This document shows, piece after piece, positions 40,517 to 50,062 of a stretch of DNA of 64,000 nucleotides. The position numbers and the translations under genes are program-made. Each line of letters begins with the position of its first letter. Position 1 is the stretch's first letter. The stretch is from Actinomycetota bacterium. GTDB taxonomy: Bacteria; Actinomycetota; Actinomycetes; Nanopelagicales; Nanopelagicaceae. Location: NCBI GenBank assembly GCA_009701185.1, contig WLKQ01000002.1, positions 17,979-81,978 of the forward strand, written 5' to 3'. Under the pieces are notes generated by a model that worked only from the letters and a program-made list of their open reading frames with translations, searched no databases and had not been told where the DNA came from.

Positions 40517-41737
40517 ATGAAAAAGGCTCCAATAGGGGTGTCATTACTGGCACTTGCATTAACTCTTTCACTCGTGCCGCAGGCTCGTGCTGCCGAAGCT
40601 GTCACCACAATTTCTGTTTCTACGTGGGGTTCATCCCCATCGGAGACTTCAGCACTAAAAGATGCTGTCGCGACCTTTGAATCACGAAACCCAAGCATCA
40701 AAGTGGATCTGATTGTCGATAACGACCATGGCGCACAGATGGCCGCTCGTTTCGCCTCAAAGACTCCTAACGATGTCTTTTATCTAGATGCTGGCGTTGC
40801 ACAGGATTGGGCGGCGCAAGGTGTGCTTCTTGATCTCATGCCTTCAATCACAACTGCGAAATTTAATTTAACTAAATTCAACGCAAGTTACCTAAAGCCT
40901 TTCCAAAGTGGAGCAAAGCTATTTGGTCTACCAAAGGATGCAAACCCACTAGTTCTAGAGGGAAATAAGGATCTGATGGCAACTGCAGGAATTACTGCAC
41001 TTCCAAAGACAACATCACAGTTTGCATCACACGCTAAAGCGCTACTTGCAAAAGGTATAACTCCAATGTGCGTTGATGCTGATATCAATCGCCTCGGTGC
41101 ATACTTTGTTGCATTCGGTGGTGGCTTAGCATCTTCTACAAACAAATCATTGCTTTCTTCAGCTACATCTAAGGCTGGGCTTGAGTGGGCTATGACTAAT
41201 TATAAGAGTGGTGCCTTCAAGACTCCGGCACAACTTTCAGCTGGCTGGGCTGGCGAAGCTTTCGGTAAGGCAAAGTGTGCTTACACGATGGAAGGCGCAT
41301 GGCTTGATCCATACCTAAAGGACTCTTTCCCAGATGTTTACGACTCAATGATTAAGGGTCCACTACCAACTGCTAAACAAGCTGGATCACTTGCATTCAC
41401 TGCTGCTTATGCAATTGGTAAGGATTCACCACATCCAAAAGAGGCTTGGACCTTCATTGAATACATGACAGGTGCTCGTGGAATGACTGTCTGGACTTCA
41501 TTTGGTGTTGCAATTCCATCTCGTTCAGATGTTGCAACTCCACTTGGTTATGAAGTCAATGGAACTGTGGCAAAGCTTGCAACGACAGTTACAACTCCAG
41601 CATTTAAGGGTTGGGGCGATGTAGTTGGTGCATTCAATAATGAAGCTAAGAAGCAGATACAGGACAAGAACTTCAATGTTAAAAAAGCAGCAGCAGCTAT
41701 TATTGCCGCCGCAGAAGCCGCTTGGCCAAAGGGATAA
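40517..41737 (+). CDS. Carbohydrate ABC substrate-binding protein
   Basis: Signal peptide ARA/A; DVFY, FGLPKD, AYTMEGAW. Confidence 0.87.
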   Translation: MKKAPIGVSLLALALTLSLVPQARAAEAVTTISVSTWGSSPSETSALKDAVATFESRNPSIKVDLIVDNDHGAQMAARFASKTPNDVFYLDAGVAQDWAAQGVLLDLMPSITTAKFNLTKFNASYLKPFQSGAKLFGLPKDANPLVLEGNKDLMATAGITALPKTTSQFASHAKALLAKGITPMCVDADINRLGAYFVAFGGGLASSTNKSLLSSATSKAGLEWAMTNYKSGAFKTPAQLSAGWAGEAFGKAKCAYTMEGAWLDPYLKDSFPDVYDSMIKGPLPTAKQAGSLAFTAAYAIGKDSPHPKEAWTFIEYMTGARGMTVWTSFGVAIPSRSDVATPLGYEVNGTVAKLATTVTTPAFKGWGDVVGAFNNEAKKQIQDKNFNVKKAAAAIIAAAEAAWPKG

Positions 41738-41750
41738 TCCACATAGACAA

Positions 41751-41847
41751 GCCTTGATTCAGGTACCTAAATCGCCTGAGTCAAGGCAAATCTAGACAAG
41801 AGTAAGAGTTGATTCCGCCAAAGAGTTGGAATCAACTCTTACTCTTA
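41751..41847 (+). other. Two consecutive intergenic hairpins
   Basis: GCCTTGATTCAGG/CCTGAGTCAAGGC and AAGAGTAAGAGTTGATTCC/GGAATCAACTCTTACTCTT. Confidence 0.7.
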
Positions 41848-41890
41848 GCCTTTGTACCACCATTATAAATGACCAAGAGAAGGGAAGGTT

Positions 41891-42823
41891 ATGACATCAA
41901 CTAGTCACAGAACCTCCCGACTCGGTCGAAAAAGATCAGAGTCTTTGGTGGCCTATGGTTTCATTTCAATTCCTATGGCGCTTTTTCTTTTTCTAAGCGT
42001 GGGTATCTTTATTTATGCAGTCTATATCTCAACATTCGACTGGGGCATTATGGGTCCTACCAAAAATATAGGACTTGATAATTACCGCAAAGCTTTTTCT
42101 GATCCAATATTCTTAAAGGCAATAAGAAACTCAGTTAAATATGCGCTGCTAGTGGTTCCAATTCAAAGTGCGATAGGACTGTATCTGGCATTGCTGGTCA
42201 ATTCGAAGATTAAGGGAAGTAAGTTTTTTCGTTCAGCTTTCTACTTTCCTTCAATAGCAAGTAGCGCAGCAATCACCACACTCTTTATCTTTCTTATGGC
42301 ACCGGATGGTGTATTCAATGGGGTTTTAAGATTCTTTGGGGTAGATACAGCCAATCTCTTTAATCAAGGTGCTTGGTTATCCGACTCGAGGACTGCGCTG
42401 TACTCCATAATTGGTTTGAATGCGTGGACAACCAGCGGAACAATGATGCTTTTCTATCTTGCTAATTTGCAAACCGTCGATTCTCAATTTGCTGAAGCAG
42501 CAGTAATGGATGGTGCCACCAGGAGACAGGTCTTTTGGTACATCACAATGCCGCTGTTAAAGCCAGCCCATCTTTTTGTAGTTGCAACCGGAATGATTGG
42601 CGCCTTGCAACTCTATGATCAAGCAATTTTGGCGGGTGGCGCCGATGGCAGCCCTGACTATTCTTTGATGACCGTAGTTCTCTATATTTACAATGCCTGC
42701 TTTAGAAAATTTGAGTTTGGGTATGCAAGTGCTATCGGTGTAATTCTCTTTGTAATCATCTTTTCTCTTACCGTTCTTCAGAAGTCACTTTTCGGTTCTG
42801 CAGCGTGGAAAGGGGATAATTGA
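41891..42823 (+). CDS. Carbohydrate ABC transporter permease
   Basis: FRSAFYFP, EAAVMDGA, FGYASA. Confidence 0.9.
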   Translation: MTSTSHRTSRLGRKRSESLVAYGFISIPMALFLFLSVGIFIYAVYISTFDWGIMGPTKNIGLDNYRKAFSDPIFLKAIRNSVKYALLVVPIQSAIGLYLALLVNSKIKGSKFFRSAFYFPSIASSAAITTLFIFLMAPDGVFNGVLRFFGVDTANLFNQGAWLSDSRTALYSIIGLNAWTTSGTMMLFYLANLQTVDSQFAEAAVMDGATRRQVFWYITMPLLKPAHLFVVATGMIGALQLYDQAILAGGADGSPDYSLMTVVLYIYNACFRKFEFGYASAIGVILFVIIFSLTVLQKSLFGSAAWKGDN

Positions 42824-43653
42824 TGAGTAAAGTGCGCAAATATAGCTTCTATTCCCTTTTGATCTTCTATTCAATCTTGACCATTGTTCCTTTTCTCTGG
42901 TCTCTTAGTACATCTTTTAAACCTTCAGATGAGGTTTATCAGAGCAACTTAATACCCGATCAACCGACGATGAAGGCGTATGCGACGGTATTTGGCAAAA
43001 TTCAACCAAATTTTCAAACGCTTTTTGCGAACTCTCTCTTTATAGCCTGTGGAGTCGTGGTTCTGCACTTAATTTTTGCGGCATTAGCCGGATATGCCTT
43101 TGCTCGCCTTAGGTTCCCAGGTCGCGATGTTCTATTTTTTGTCGTTCTAGGCTGCATGATGATTCCCGATCAACTGCGTCTAGTTCCAATGTACCAATTG
43201 CTTGTGAAGATGGGTCTCATCAATACCGGCCCTAGTAATTATTTGGCCATCTTTCTCATCAAAGCTATCAGCGCCGCCGATGTTTTTCTTATGCGCCAAT
43301 ATTTCCTGACTATGCCCAAGGAGATGGAAGATGCGGCCAAAATTGATGGAGCAGGACCGTTCCAGCTTTTCACGCGAGTGATGCTGCCTAATGCTGCTCC
43401 AGTTTTGGCGACGGTAGCGATTTTAACTTTCCAGGGAACCTGGAATGACTTGTTCTGGCCTTCCATTGTTTTGCAAAGTCCATCCCATTGGACACTTCCA
43501 TTTGGAATTCTGCAGTTTAAAGGCCAATTCTCGACAGACTGGCCCCCCATAATGGCGTTAGTTGTTCTCTCCACCGTTCCCATCCTTGCCCTCTACACAT
43601 TCGGACAGCGCTACATCATCAATGTTCAACTCGCATCGTCGGCGAAGGGTTGA
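42823..43653 (+). CDS. Carbohydrate ABC transporter permease
   Basis: GYAFARLRFPGR, DAAKIDGA, WNDLFWP. Confidence 0.9.
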   Translation: MSKVRKYSFYSLLIFYSILTIVPFLWSLSTSFKPSDEVYQSNLIPDQPTMKAYATVFGKIQPNFQTLFANSLFIACGVVVLHLIFAALAGYAFARLRFPGRDVLFFVVLGCMMIPDQLRLVPMYQLLVKMGLINTGPSNYLAIFLIKAISAADVFLMRQYFLTMPKEMEDAAKIDGAGPFQLFTRVMLPNAAPVLATVAILTFQGTWNDLFWPSIVLQSPSHWTLPFGILQFKGQFSTDWPPIMALVVLSTVPILALYTFGQRYIINVQLASSAKG

Positions 43654-44315
43654 GTATGAACACTTTTAAAGACCGCAGAGTGTCATCGGTATTTCGTGAA
43701 GCGCTAGGCCAGGTGTGGGATTTACATGTTAAAGCGATCCCTACCGCAATGATATGGGCTATTTCGCTGATGTTTATTTTTCAGAGCCCTAGCTTGCTCA
43801 TTAAGCTCATCTGTTCAATCATATGCTCGGTAATTTCATTAATTAATGCTGCTATGGTCAATTTTTCGACCCCAAGAGTCACGCTACGGAAGCTAGTAAA
43901 AACATCGGAGTTTCAAAGGATCTTGTTACTTAACATTTTGTTGGGAATCTTATTTGTTATTGCTCTCAATAATGCGATTAATATGATTCCGACGCCAATG
44001 TGGCTATCACTTATTATTATGTCAATCGTTCCCTCACTGTTGATGTTATGGATGGGAATGATGATTGTATTTAATCCCATATTCATTATGAATACAGCTA
44101 CTGAGAGTTCAAAAACGGCTTCAGAAATGTTTTTCTATTATTTAAAGAGTGAAAAGAGAGTGATTGCATTGACTTTCTTTATCATACTTGCACTTGCACC
44201 TTTAATTTTTCTCTTTATATGCATCGCCCTCACATTATCGCAGGCTCTTACAGTCAGAAACTTTCAGGAGCTCAACTCAACATTTACAAGTAAGGTAGAT
44301 ATTCATAATGGATGA
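43650..44315 (+). CDS. Hypothetical multi-pass membrane protein
   Basis: About 5 hydrophobic segments; coupled to neighbouring genes. Confidence 0.6.
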   Translation: MSMNTFKDRRVSSVFREALGQVWDLHVKAIPTAMIWAISLMFIFQSPSLLIKLICSIICSVISLINAAMVNFSTPRVTLRKLVKTSEFQRILLLNILLGILFVIALNNAINMIPTPMWLSLIIMSIVPSLLMLWMGMMIVFNPIFIMNTATESSKTASEMFFYYLKSEKRVIALTFFIILALAPLIFLFICIALTLSQALTVRNFQELNSTFTSKVDIHNG

Positions 44316-45696
44316 GTTGAAGACTGGTGAAAAAACAGTTAATTATGAAGTCATTTTAGAAGACAATGACCCGGCTTTAAACCCGGCTAATAGGCCACAT
44401 ATAGATCAAGCCGTTGAGATGATTCTGGGCAAAGCCCATGGTTTTGAAGTCCCATTTGCCGCAGTACCTTTGAAAGAGCACAAGAATTTACCCGAACAGA
44501 ATCTTTACAGTTGCCTTTTTGGACGAGATTCATTGCTGATTGCAGATCTACTTTTCAACGTTAAGCCACATTTGCGGATGAATGTTATTCAGGCCCTAGC
44601 ACTCGTTCAAGGCTCCACGGTTGATTCCAAAAGTGAAGAGGAGCCGGGACGAATCGCCCACGAAGTGAGAACTATTGATGATCCAGTAGCGCGCAAGCTT
44701 CAAGATGAAGGCGATTGGAAGTTCCCTTATTATGGTTCGGTTGATGCAACCTTGATTTGGATGAAACAGGTTTCTAAGGCCGCAGAAGCCGATCCCTCGA
44801 TTCTAGACATCATGGTTGGTGGTCTTGCTCTGTGGGAGCGATTTATTGCCTCTACACAGTGGCTCGTCACACGTCTTGATACATCATCTGGTTTCATCGA
44901 ATCATCTCGATCAAATCCCAAAGGCATCGCCAATCAAATGTGGAAGGACTCTGGTGATTCCTACATGCATGCCAATGGAGTTCTCGCTCGTGGTGACTCA
45001 ACAGCATCTGTTGAAACTGTAGGCGAGACGTATGATGCAATTCTTGCGGCGAAGGCAGTTCAGTTGTTGAAACCGAGTACGAAGTGGCCACTGTCAACCT
45101 CTGAACTCTCTAAATTAGCGCGACATGTGCAGCTCTCTTTAATCGGACATTTTTGGATGGGAGATAGTTTTGCTCTGGGTCTTGAGCGATCTCCCGATGG
45201 TGGAGTGACCAAATTTGAATCCTTAGCCAGCAACCAAGGTCGACTTTTAGATTCAGGTGTCATTTCCGGCGATGAATTTAGTCAATACCGTGAGGCGATT
45301 GCCACAGCTATGACAGATAGTTCAATGTTAGGCGATAGTGGCTTGCGCACACTTGCACGCAGTCATGTTTCTTACCGCCCTGGGGGCTATCACACAGGTT
45401 CGGCATGGCCATTCGATGGAGTCTTAACGGCTCGCGGACTTCTAAAGCATGGTTTCATAAAGGAATCCCAGCAAGTGCAAGCTAGAATCAAAAATGCAAT
45501 TGAATCTTCAGGGGGATACCCGGAGTTTTTCCGAGGAGATTGGCCCGAGAAGGATTTAATTAACCGTTTTATTCAGGATGTACAATTTGATGATGAAAGC
45601 GGAGTGCGTGCGCATACAAATCGAATTGCACAGCCACCTCAAATTATCCAAGGCTGGACCGTTGCGGCCTATTCGTGGCTTACTAGTAGAGGTTGA
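44308..45696 (+). CDS. Amylo-alpha-1,6-glucosidase-like six-hairpin glycosidase (paralog of 30342-31751)
   Basis: LFGRDSLL, EEEPGRIAHE, YYGSVDAT, WKDSGDS, YHTGSAWP. Confidence 0.8.
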   Translation: MDELKTGEKTVNYEVILEDNDPALNPANRPHIDQAVEMILGKAHGFEVPFAAVPLKEHKNLPEQNLYSCLFGRDSLLIADLLFNVKPHLRMNVIQALALVQGSTVDSKSEEEPGRIAHEVRTIDDPVARKLQDEGDWKFPYYGSVDATLIWMKQVSKAAEADPSILDIMVGGLALWERFIASTQWLVTRLDTSSGFIESSRSNPKGIANQMWKDSGDSYMHANGVLARGDSTASVETVGETYDAILAAKAVQLLKPSTKWPLSTSELSKLARHVQLSLIGHFWMGDSFALGLERSPDGGVTKFESLASNQGRLLDSGVISGDEFSQYREAIATAMTDSSMLGDSGLRTLARSHVSYRPGGYHTGSAWPFDGVLTARGLLKHGFIKESQQVQARIKNAIESSGGYPEFFRGDWPEKDLINRFIQDVQFDDESGVRAHTNRIAQPPQIIQGWTVAAYSWLTSRG

Positions 45697-45735
45697 TTGC
45701 ACTCTAATCAAAAAATTAGAGGCGAGTAATAAATA

Positions 45736-46815
45736 ATGGATAAGTCAAGAGCCTCTATTGTTTCAGTTGCAAAAGCAGCTGGTGTCTCACTGCAGACCGT
45801 TTCAAATGTACTTAACTTTCCGGAAAGAGTTCGCCCAGAAACCCGCGATAAAGTAATGCAAGCAATTGAGAAGCTGGATTACACACCAAATTTATCGGCT
45901 CGCCGTTTACGGTCTAATCGATCGTCCTCTATCGCTGTACGCGTTGACTCAAATGCTCCTATGGGAAAGGGCTCAGACGCTCTCTATTCAGGCTACATTC
46001 AAGATGAATTCGTGTACGAACTTGTGCGGGCTTGCGAGATTCGCAGTATTAAGGTTTTTACATATACATGCGAGCCAGATGAAAATGAAGTAGAAAAGCT
46101 ATCAAAACTCATCGATTCACGAGATGTTGATGGTTTTCTTTTAACTTCCACAGTAGAAGCTGATCCACGTTTAAAATACCTATTAAGTAGAAATGTCCCA
46201 TTCTTGAGCTTTGGACGACCGTGGGGCAGTACGCCCGAATTTGCTAATTCATATCCCTGGATCGATGTTGATGGTGCTAGTGGAACAAGAGATGCAACAA
46301 AGATGTTTTGGAAGCTAGGTCATCGAACAATTGGATTCCTAGGTTGGAAAACTACTAATTCAAATCCTGCTAAACCTAAAAGTGTTGCCGATGACCGTTT
46401 ACTGGGTTGGTCGCATGCATATGCTGAACTGACGGGCCTTAAGTCGAAAAAATCCAGCCGTGACTTGTGTGAATTGGGAGATGAATCTATTGCCAGTGCA
46501 CGTGTGTCAACAGCTAAGTTATTAGCTCGCCACCCTGAAATCGACGCCATTGTCTGCGCCAGTGACACATTGGCACTAGGCGCTCAAATGGAAATTTCAA
46601 GATTAAAGAAATCAATTCCAGTCTCTGGTTTTGATAATAGCCCTACATCTAAAGCTTTTAATTTCTCATCGTTAGATCAAAATATTTCTGAAGTTGCATC
46701 TCTGGCCTTAAAGGTCTTGATGGGCGAAGAGGGACATTCGATTAAGAAACTCAATCCACCTAACCAAGTAAGTGAACCTAATTTGATTATTCCCCCTAGA
46801 TTGATTATCCGCTGA
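45736..46815 (+). CDS. LacI-family transcriptional regulator
   Basis: VAKAAGVSLQTVSNVLN HTH; YTPN, AIVCASD, GFDN. Confidence 0.9.
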   Translation: MDKSRASIVSVAKAAGVSLQTVSNVLNFPERVRPETRDKVMQAIEKLDYTPNLSARRLRSNRSSSIAVRVDSNAPMGKGSDALYSGYIQDEFVYELVRACEIRSIKVFTYTCEPDENEVEKLSKLIDSRDVDGFLLTSTVEADPRLKYLLSRNVPFLSFGRPWGSTPEFANSYPWIDVDGASGTRDATKMFWKLGHRTIGFLGWKTTNSNPAKPKSVADDRLLGWSHAYAELTGLKSKKSSRDLCELGDESIASARVSTAKLLARHPEIDAIVCASDTLALGAQMEISRLKKSIPVSGFDNSPTSKAFNFSSLDQNISEVASLALKVLMGEEGHSIKKLNPPNQVSEPNLIIPPRLIIR

Positions 46816-46853
46816 TTGGGAATTACTCTGTTCAGTGGACTAATTCCCAATCA
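46813..46853. terminator. Bidirectional terminator-like hairpin
   Basis: TGATTGGGAATTA...TAATTCCCAATCA between convergent genes. Confidence 0.65.
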
Positions 46854-46878
46854 CTGAGCGAATATTTCCTTTAAGTAT

Positions 46879-47202
46879 TTAGATACTTGCCATATGGTGA
46901 AGTAGTCCGCCTGTTTTGAACTTCAGTGCTGGAGTCTTAGACCAGACATCCATAGCGTCATCAAAGCTCTTTGAATTTGCATGGAACTTATCGAGTGATG
47001 CGCCAAATGCCTGAGCATTGTCGAATTCGATTGCAAATAACCACGTTCCGTTGAACTCGCCGTATCCGCCTTCCCACACCTTTACATCTTTAGCACCCTC
47101 TGCAAGAAATAGCTTCTTCCATTCACCTAGGCGTGCCATTTGCTGACGTCGAGTTGTTCCCTCAACACCCTCACAGATCCATATTTCATTTGTTGTTGCC
47201 AT
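46879..47202 (-). CDS. Small hypothetical protein, possibly dimeric alpha/beta-barrel (NIPSNAP-like)
   Basis: ATG 47202 after GGAGAG; alternating beta/alpha pattern. Confidence 0.6.
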   Translation of the reverse strand: MATTNEIWICEGVEGTTRRQQMARLGEWKKLFLAEGAKDVKVWEGGYGEFNGTWLFAIEFDNAQAFGASLDKFHANSKSFDDAMDVWSKTPALKFKTGGLLHHMASI

Positions 47203-47344
47203 AGTTATATCTCCTCCGTGCCGAGTTTCGGCTTTTTGCAACGTACTCGCATAGTCAGGTCATTACAATAGAAATGACCTGTCAGTGTTGAGGGTGCACA
47301 TCTCACAGGCTCAGAGTGAATGATCCTGATCTCTATCCGATGAA

Positions 47345-48046
47345 CTAAGCAGGTGTTACCGGGGGAGCAGCGATTGCAGAAGGCAATACGAGCTCGGGTT
47401 TAACTGGCTCATCTCCTGCTAAATCTTGTAAAACTTTGTCAACGGTTGTAATGACGCTCTCAAGCCCATTTTCAGCGGCATCAATTGCTTGAGCTAAGAA
47501 TCTATTGAACTCGCGGCCAACGCTGACATCAAATAAAATTCCCGATGTTTTCTGACGATTGCTGACATTAAATATGTAATCACTCTCATCTTCTGAAGTC
47601 GCTGCACCATTCCACTTAGCAAAGGCCCACTCTTTGGTGTTATACATTCCATTAAACATAATGCGATCGGTGGAGAGCACAACATCGCCGACTTCTTTAT
47701 ATGCCTGTATTGCATCCCCGGGCACAAATGTTCCACGCATAGCGCCAACTCGATATCGAATTCCGGCAACAATTGGAATGCTTAAACCCTGACTACCTCC
47801 AACATATTGACCAGGTGTTCTACCTGCTTCATGAAACTGTCCGCGCCCACTCCAGATAACAATCTCTCCAGGTTTTTGCACCGCTAAATTAGAGACCGCA
47901 TCTTCACCCTTAATCGCGCTCTCAAAGGCCGCCTTTATCTTGTTAAAGATCTCGATATCACCAGCCCACTTAGCGTGCTGATACTCATAGTCACTCAACG
48001 CGCTCTTGAACGCCTTTTTAGCTTTTCGATCTGCCCAAAATCCCAT
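47345..48046 (-). CDS. Hypothetical protein
   Basis: Long ORF with leaderless start 6 nt after the -10 box of a TGTCGG-N10 promoter. Confidence 0.7.
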   Translation of the reverse strand: MGFWADRKAKKAFKSALSDYEYQHAKWAGDIEIFNKIKAAFESAIKGEDAVSNLAVQKPGEIVIWSGRGQFHEAGRTPGQYVGGSQGLSIPIVAGIRYRVGAMRGTFVPGDAIQAYKEVGDVVLSTDRIMFNGMYNTKEWAFAKWNGAATSEDESDYIFNVSNRQKTSGILFDVSVGREFNRFLAQAIDAAENGLESVITTVDKVLQDLAGDEPVKPELVLPSAIAAPPVTPA

Positions 48047-48052
48047 GGCCAT

Positions 48053-48074
48053 AGTCTGCTCCTAACCACCGACA
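48053..48074 (-). promoter_or_regulatory. RecA-NDp/PafBC-type promoter TGTCGG-N10-CAGACT
   Basis: Motif geometry matches; one deviation in the -10 (C for T); ATG 6 nt downstream. Confidence 0.55.
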
Positions 48075-48087
48075 TTGTCAGTTACTC
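48065..48087 (+). repeat. 23-bp direct repeat copy 1, ACCACCGACATTGTCAGTTACTC
   Basis: Identical to 48763-48785. Confidence 0.9.
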
Positions 48088-48095
48088 GAGTACAG

Positions 48096-48371
48096 CTACT
48101 TCTTTTTTAAGTCACGGTAAAAGTTTTCATGCGGCCCGATAAGCAGAAGCTTGAGACTTCCCACAGAAACAAAGCGATAGGCCAGAAGCCACTCTTGACG
48201 GTTAATGATGAACTTATAAACGTAGATACCTTCTAGGTCGGCAGCTTTAGCATCTCCAAGAAGGGGATTTGCAACCAACTGATTCAATGCCTTATCTAAT
48301 GAAGCCTTTTGATTCTTATGAAGCTTCTTTACCTGGCGAGCAAAAGTCGGTGTAAGTAGTAACTCCATCAC
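48096..48371 (-). CDS. Type II toxin, RelE/ParE family
   Basis: TPTFARQVKKL, GDAK..DL.GIYVYKF, LLAY, GPHENFYRDLK. Confidence 0.88.
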   Translation of the reverse strand: MMELLLTPTFARQVKKLHKNQKASLDKALNQLVANPLLGDAKAADLEGIYVYKFIINRQEWLLAYRFVSVGSLKLLLIGPHENFYRDLKKK

Positions 48372-48577
48372 CCGAATGCGTAGTGGCCAGCAGCGGTCTC
48401 AGCATCACTCTTTAAAATCTCTTTAATCAGAGCGAAGGAGAGATCAGGATTAGCCTCAGCAATGGCAGCGATTTTGAAATAGAACTCAATCTGCTTCGGA
48501 ATCGATCTGTGCTCGATCGCGGCAATTCGTCCTGCCGCCTGAACAAGATCATCTGAAAGCTTTACATTTGTTGCCAT
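48368..48577 (-). CDS. ParD-like (ribbon-helix-helix) antitoxin
   Basis: VKLSDDLV...HRSIPKQIE....IAEANPDL; 4-nt overlap with the toxin start. Confidence 0.82.
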   Translation of the reverse strand: MATNVKLSDDLVQAAGRIAAIEHRSIPKQIEFYFKIAAIAEANPDLSFALIKEILKSDAETAAGHYAFG

Positions 48578-48762
48578 GGTCAGAACCCCTTTGAGTTGCC
48601 ACACCATATCAGTAAAAGTATCTAAAAGTAACCTTTTGCCACCATAGCCCCAACCCACCAAATCCTTGATCTTCATCTATCCTCTTTTCACTTAGGCTCT
48701 GAATTTAATAGTTAGGGACTGACAGAAAAGCAAACTAATCCACAGCTTTCAATAATTCGCGT

Positions 48763-48785
48763 ACCACCGACATTGTCAGTTACTC
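48763..48785 (+). repeat. 23-bp direct repeat copy 2
   Basis: Identical to 48065-48087. Confidence 0.9.
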
Positions 48786-48795
48786 ACAGTAGTTT
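48774..48795 (+). promoter_or_regulatory. RecA-NDp/PafBC-type promoter TGTCAG-N10-TAGTTT
   Basis: Exact motif geometry; ATG 48802 lies 6 nt after the -10 box. Confidence 0.7.
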
Positions 48796-48801
48796 GATCG
48801 C

Positions 48802-49197
48802 ATGTTCGAGACCATATTTTTCGCAACCCTGATCTTCCTCTTTCTTAACCGCAACAAAAAGAGGCGCAGACCACGAGGCCTCGATGCAGAGCTCAAAGAG
48901 CTCGTTGAAAACTCCAACGATGCAACTGGTATTGGCCTTGAGATTAAGCGCCTGTTACTAGATGTAATCAACGATGACAAGAATGACCTTGAGAAGTTCT
49001 CTGATATACGCCTTGCCCAAGCTCAGCACATATTAGATAGAGCAGGTCCAGGGGCTTTGTATTGGATGAGTGAGATTGCAGGCCAGTTAGCCACACTGTC
49101 GGCTGCACAGATAAATGGAATTCCTACCAACGTCAATGCCGAACTGCGCGATGGCGCAACACCAGAAGACATTGTTCGAATAGTTGTCAGGCCCTAG
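48802..49197 (+). CDS. Hypothetical protein with N-terminal membrane anchor
   Basis: Hydrophobic N-terminus followed by a basic stretch; leaderless. Confidence 0.7.
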   Translation: MFETIFFATLIFLFLNRNKKRRRPRGLDAELKELVENSNDATGIGLEIKRLLLDVINDDKNDLEKFSDIRLAQAQHILDRAGPGALYWMSEIAGQLATLSAAQINGIPTNVNAELRDGATPEDIVRIVVRP

Positions 49198-49207
49198 CTA
49201 CCTCTTG

Positions 49208-49972
49208 TTAAGAAGGAATCAGAGTATTGGCAAAAATCTGCCAAGCAAGGGCTGATTTAGCTATCAAAGAGAGGGTTATGTAGGTTCGCTCTCCACGGAT
49301 GTAATCACTCCACTTTCCAACCTTCTTGTACTGCAACCATTGCACAAGGGCAAAGGAGTTAAAGAAGACAAAGATTGTAAAGACGATTCCGTAAACAAAT
49401 GCCGGCGCTGAAGTATCACTGACTCCACCGATAGAAAAGACATAAAACAAAAGTACTAGCCAAGGAACAACTCCCGCGATGCAACCAAAGATAAATGGAA
49501 GCCATCCGCCATTACCAGGTGTCTCATATTTTTCCTGTAGCCAACCAAATAAAATCATCGATGCATTCACGCCAAAGATCGAGATGATTGATGAAATCTC
49601 TGCAACGCCTGTGACTTGTGCGATCAATACAATCATTACAGATGAGCTAATCGCATACTCGACCCAGCGGAAGTAATTTCTCTGGGCTGCAATACCTGCG
49701 CTATAGCGGCCAAAGAACTGCGGGCTTGCGACAATAAAATGAGCCAAAGCCGATAAGCCTAAGAAAATCGCTACCGTTAAACCGACTGGTGTTGAGAACA
49801 AAACGACAGGAGCTGCAAAGCTAGATCCTGGCGGACCCGACATATAGGTTGCAGTGATTGGTAGTGCAAAGTCATTACTCAATGCCAGAACGGCAATCAT
49901 TTGCGCTAGATGCAGCGTTCCGGCCAGCACATTAGTTCTACGAAGACTTTGGGTTGTAATCGGTTTTCTCAT
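49208..49972 (-). CDS. heR: Heliorhodopsin
   Basis: HLAQ in TM1, NYFRWVEYAISSSVM, LFGWLQE, GERTYITLSLIAKSALAWQ with the retinal-binding Lys. Confidence 0.93.
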   Translation of the reverse strand: MRKPITTQSLRRTNVLAGTLHLAQMIAVLALSNDFALPITATYMSGPPGSSFAAPVVLFSTPVGLTVAIFLGLSALAHFIVASPQFFGRYSAGIAAQRNYFRWVEYAISSSVMIVLIAQVTGVAEISSIISIFGVNASMILFGWLQEKYETPGNGGWLPFIFGCIAGVVPWLVLLFYVFSIGGVSDTSAPAFVYGIVFTIFVFFNSFALVQWLQYKKVGKWSDYIRGERTYITLSLIAKSALAWQIFANTLIPS

Positions 49973-50062
49973 AGTCCAAGCCTAGCCGCCCCATAATAAA
50001 ACCGCCTTGGCTCACCAAATTTTCACCGAGAAAGTTCGCATGGCCTGCGCTAACTTTGCGCC

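Noticed and set aside
47280-47301. TGTCAG as another PafBC-type promoter
   Set aside because: The N10 position gives GCACAT, not TANNNT, and no gene lies downstream on that strand.
48065-48785. CRISPR array or IS element
   Set aside because: Only two repeats about 700 bp apart; no cas gene, transposase or terminal inverted repeats.
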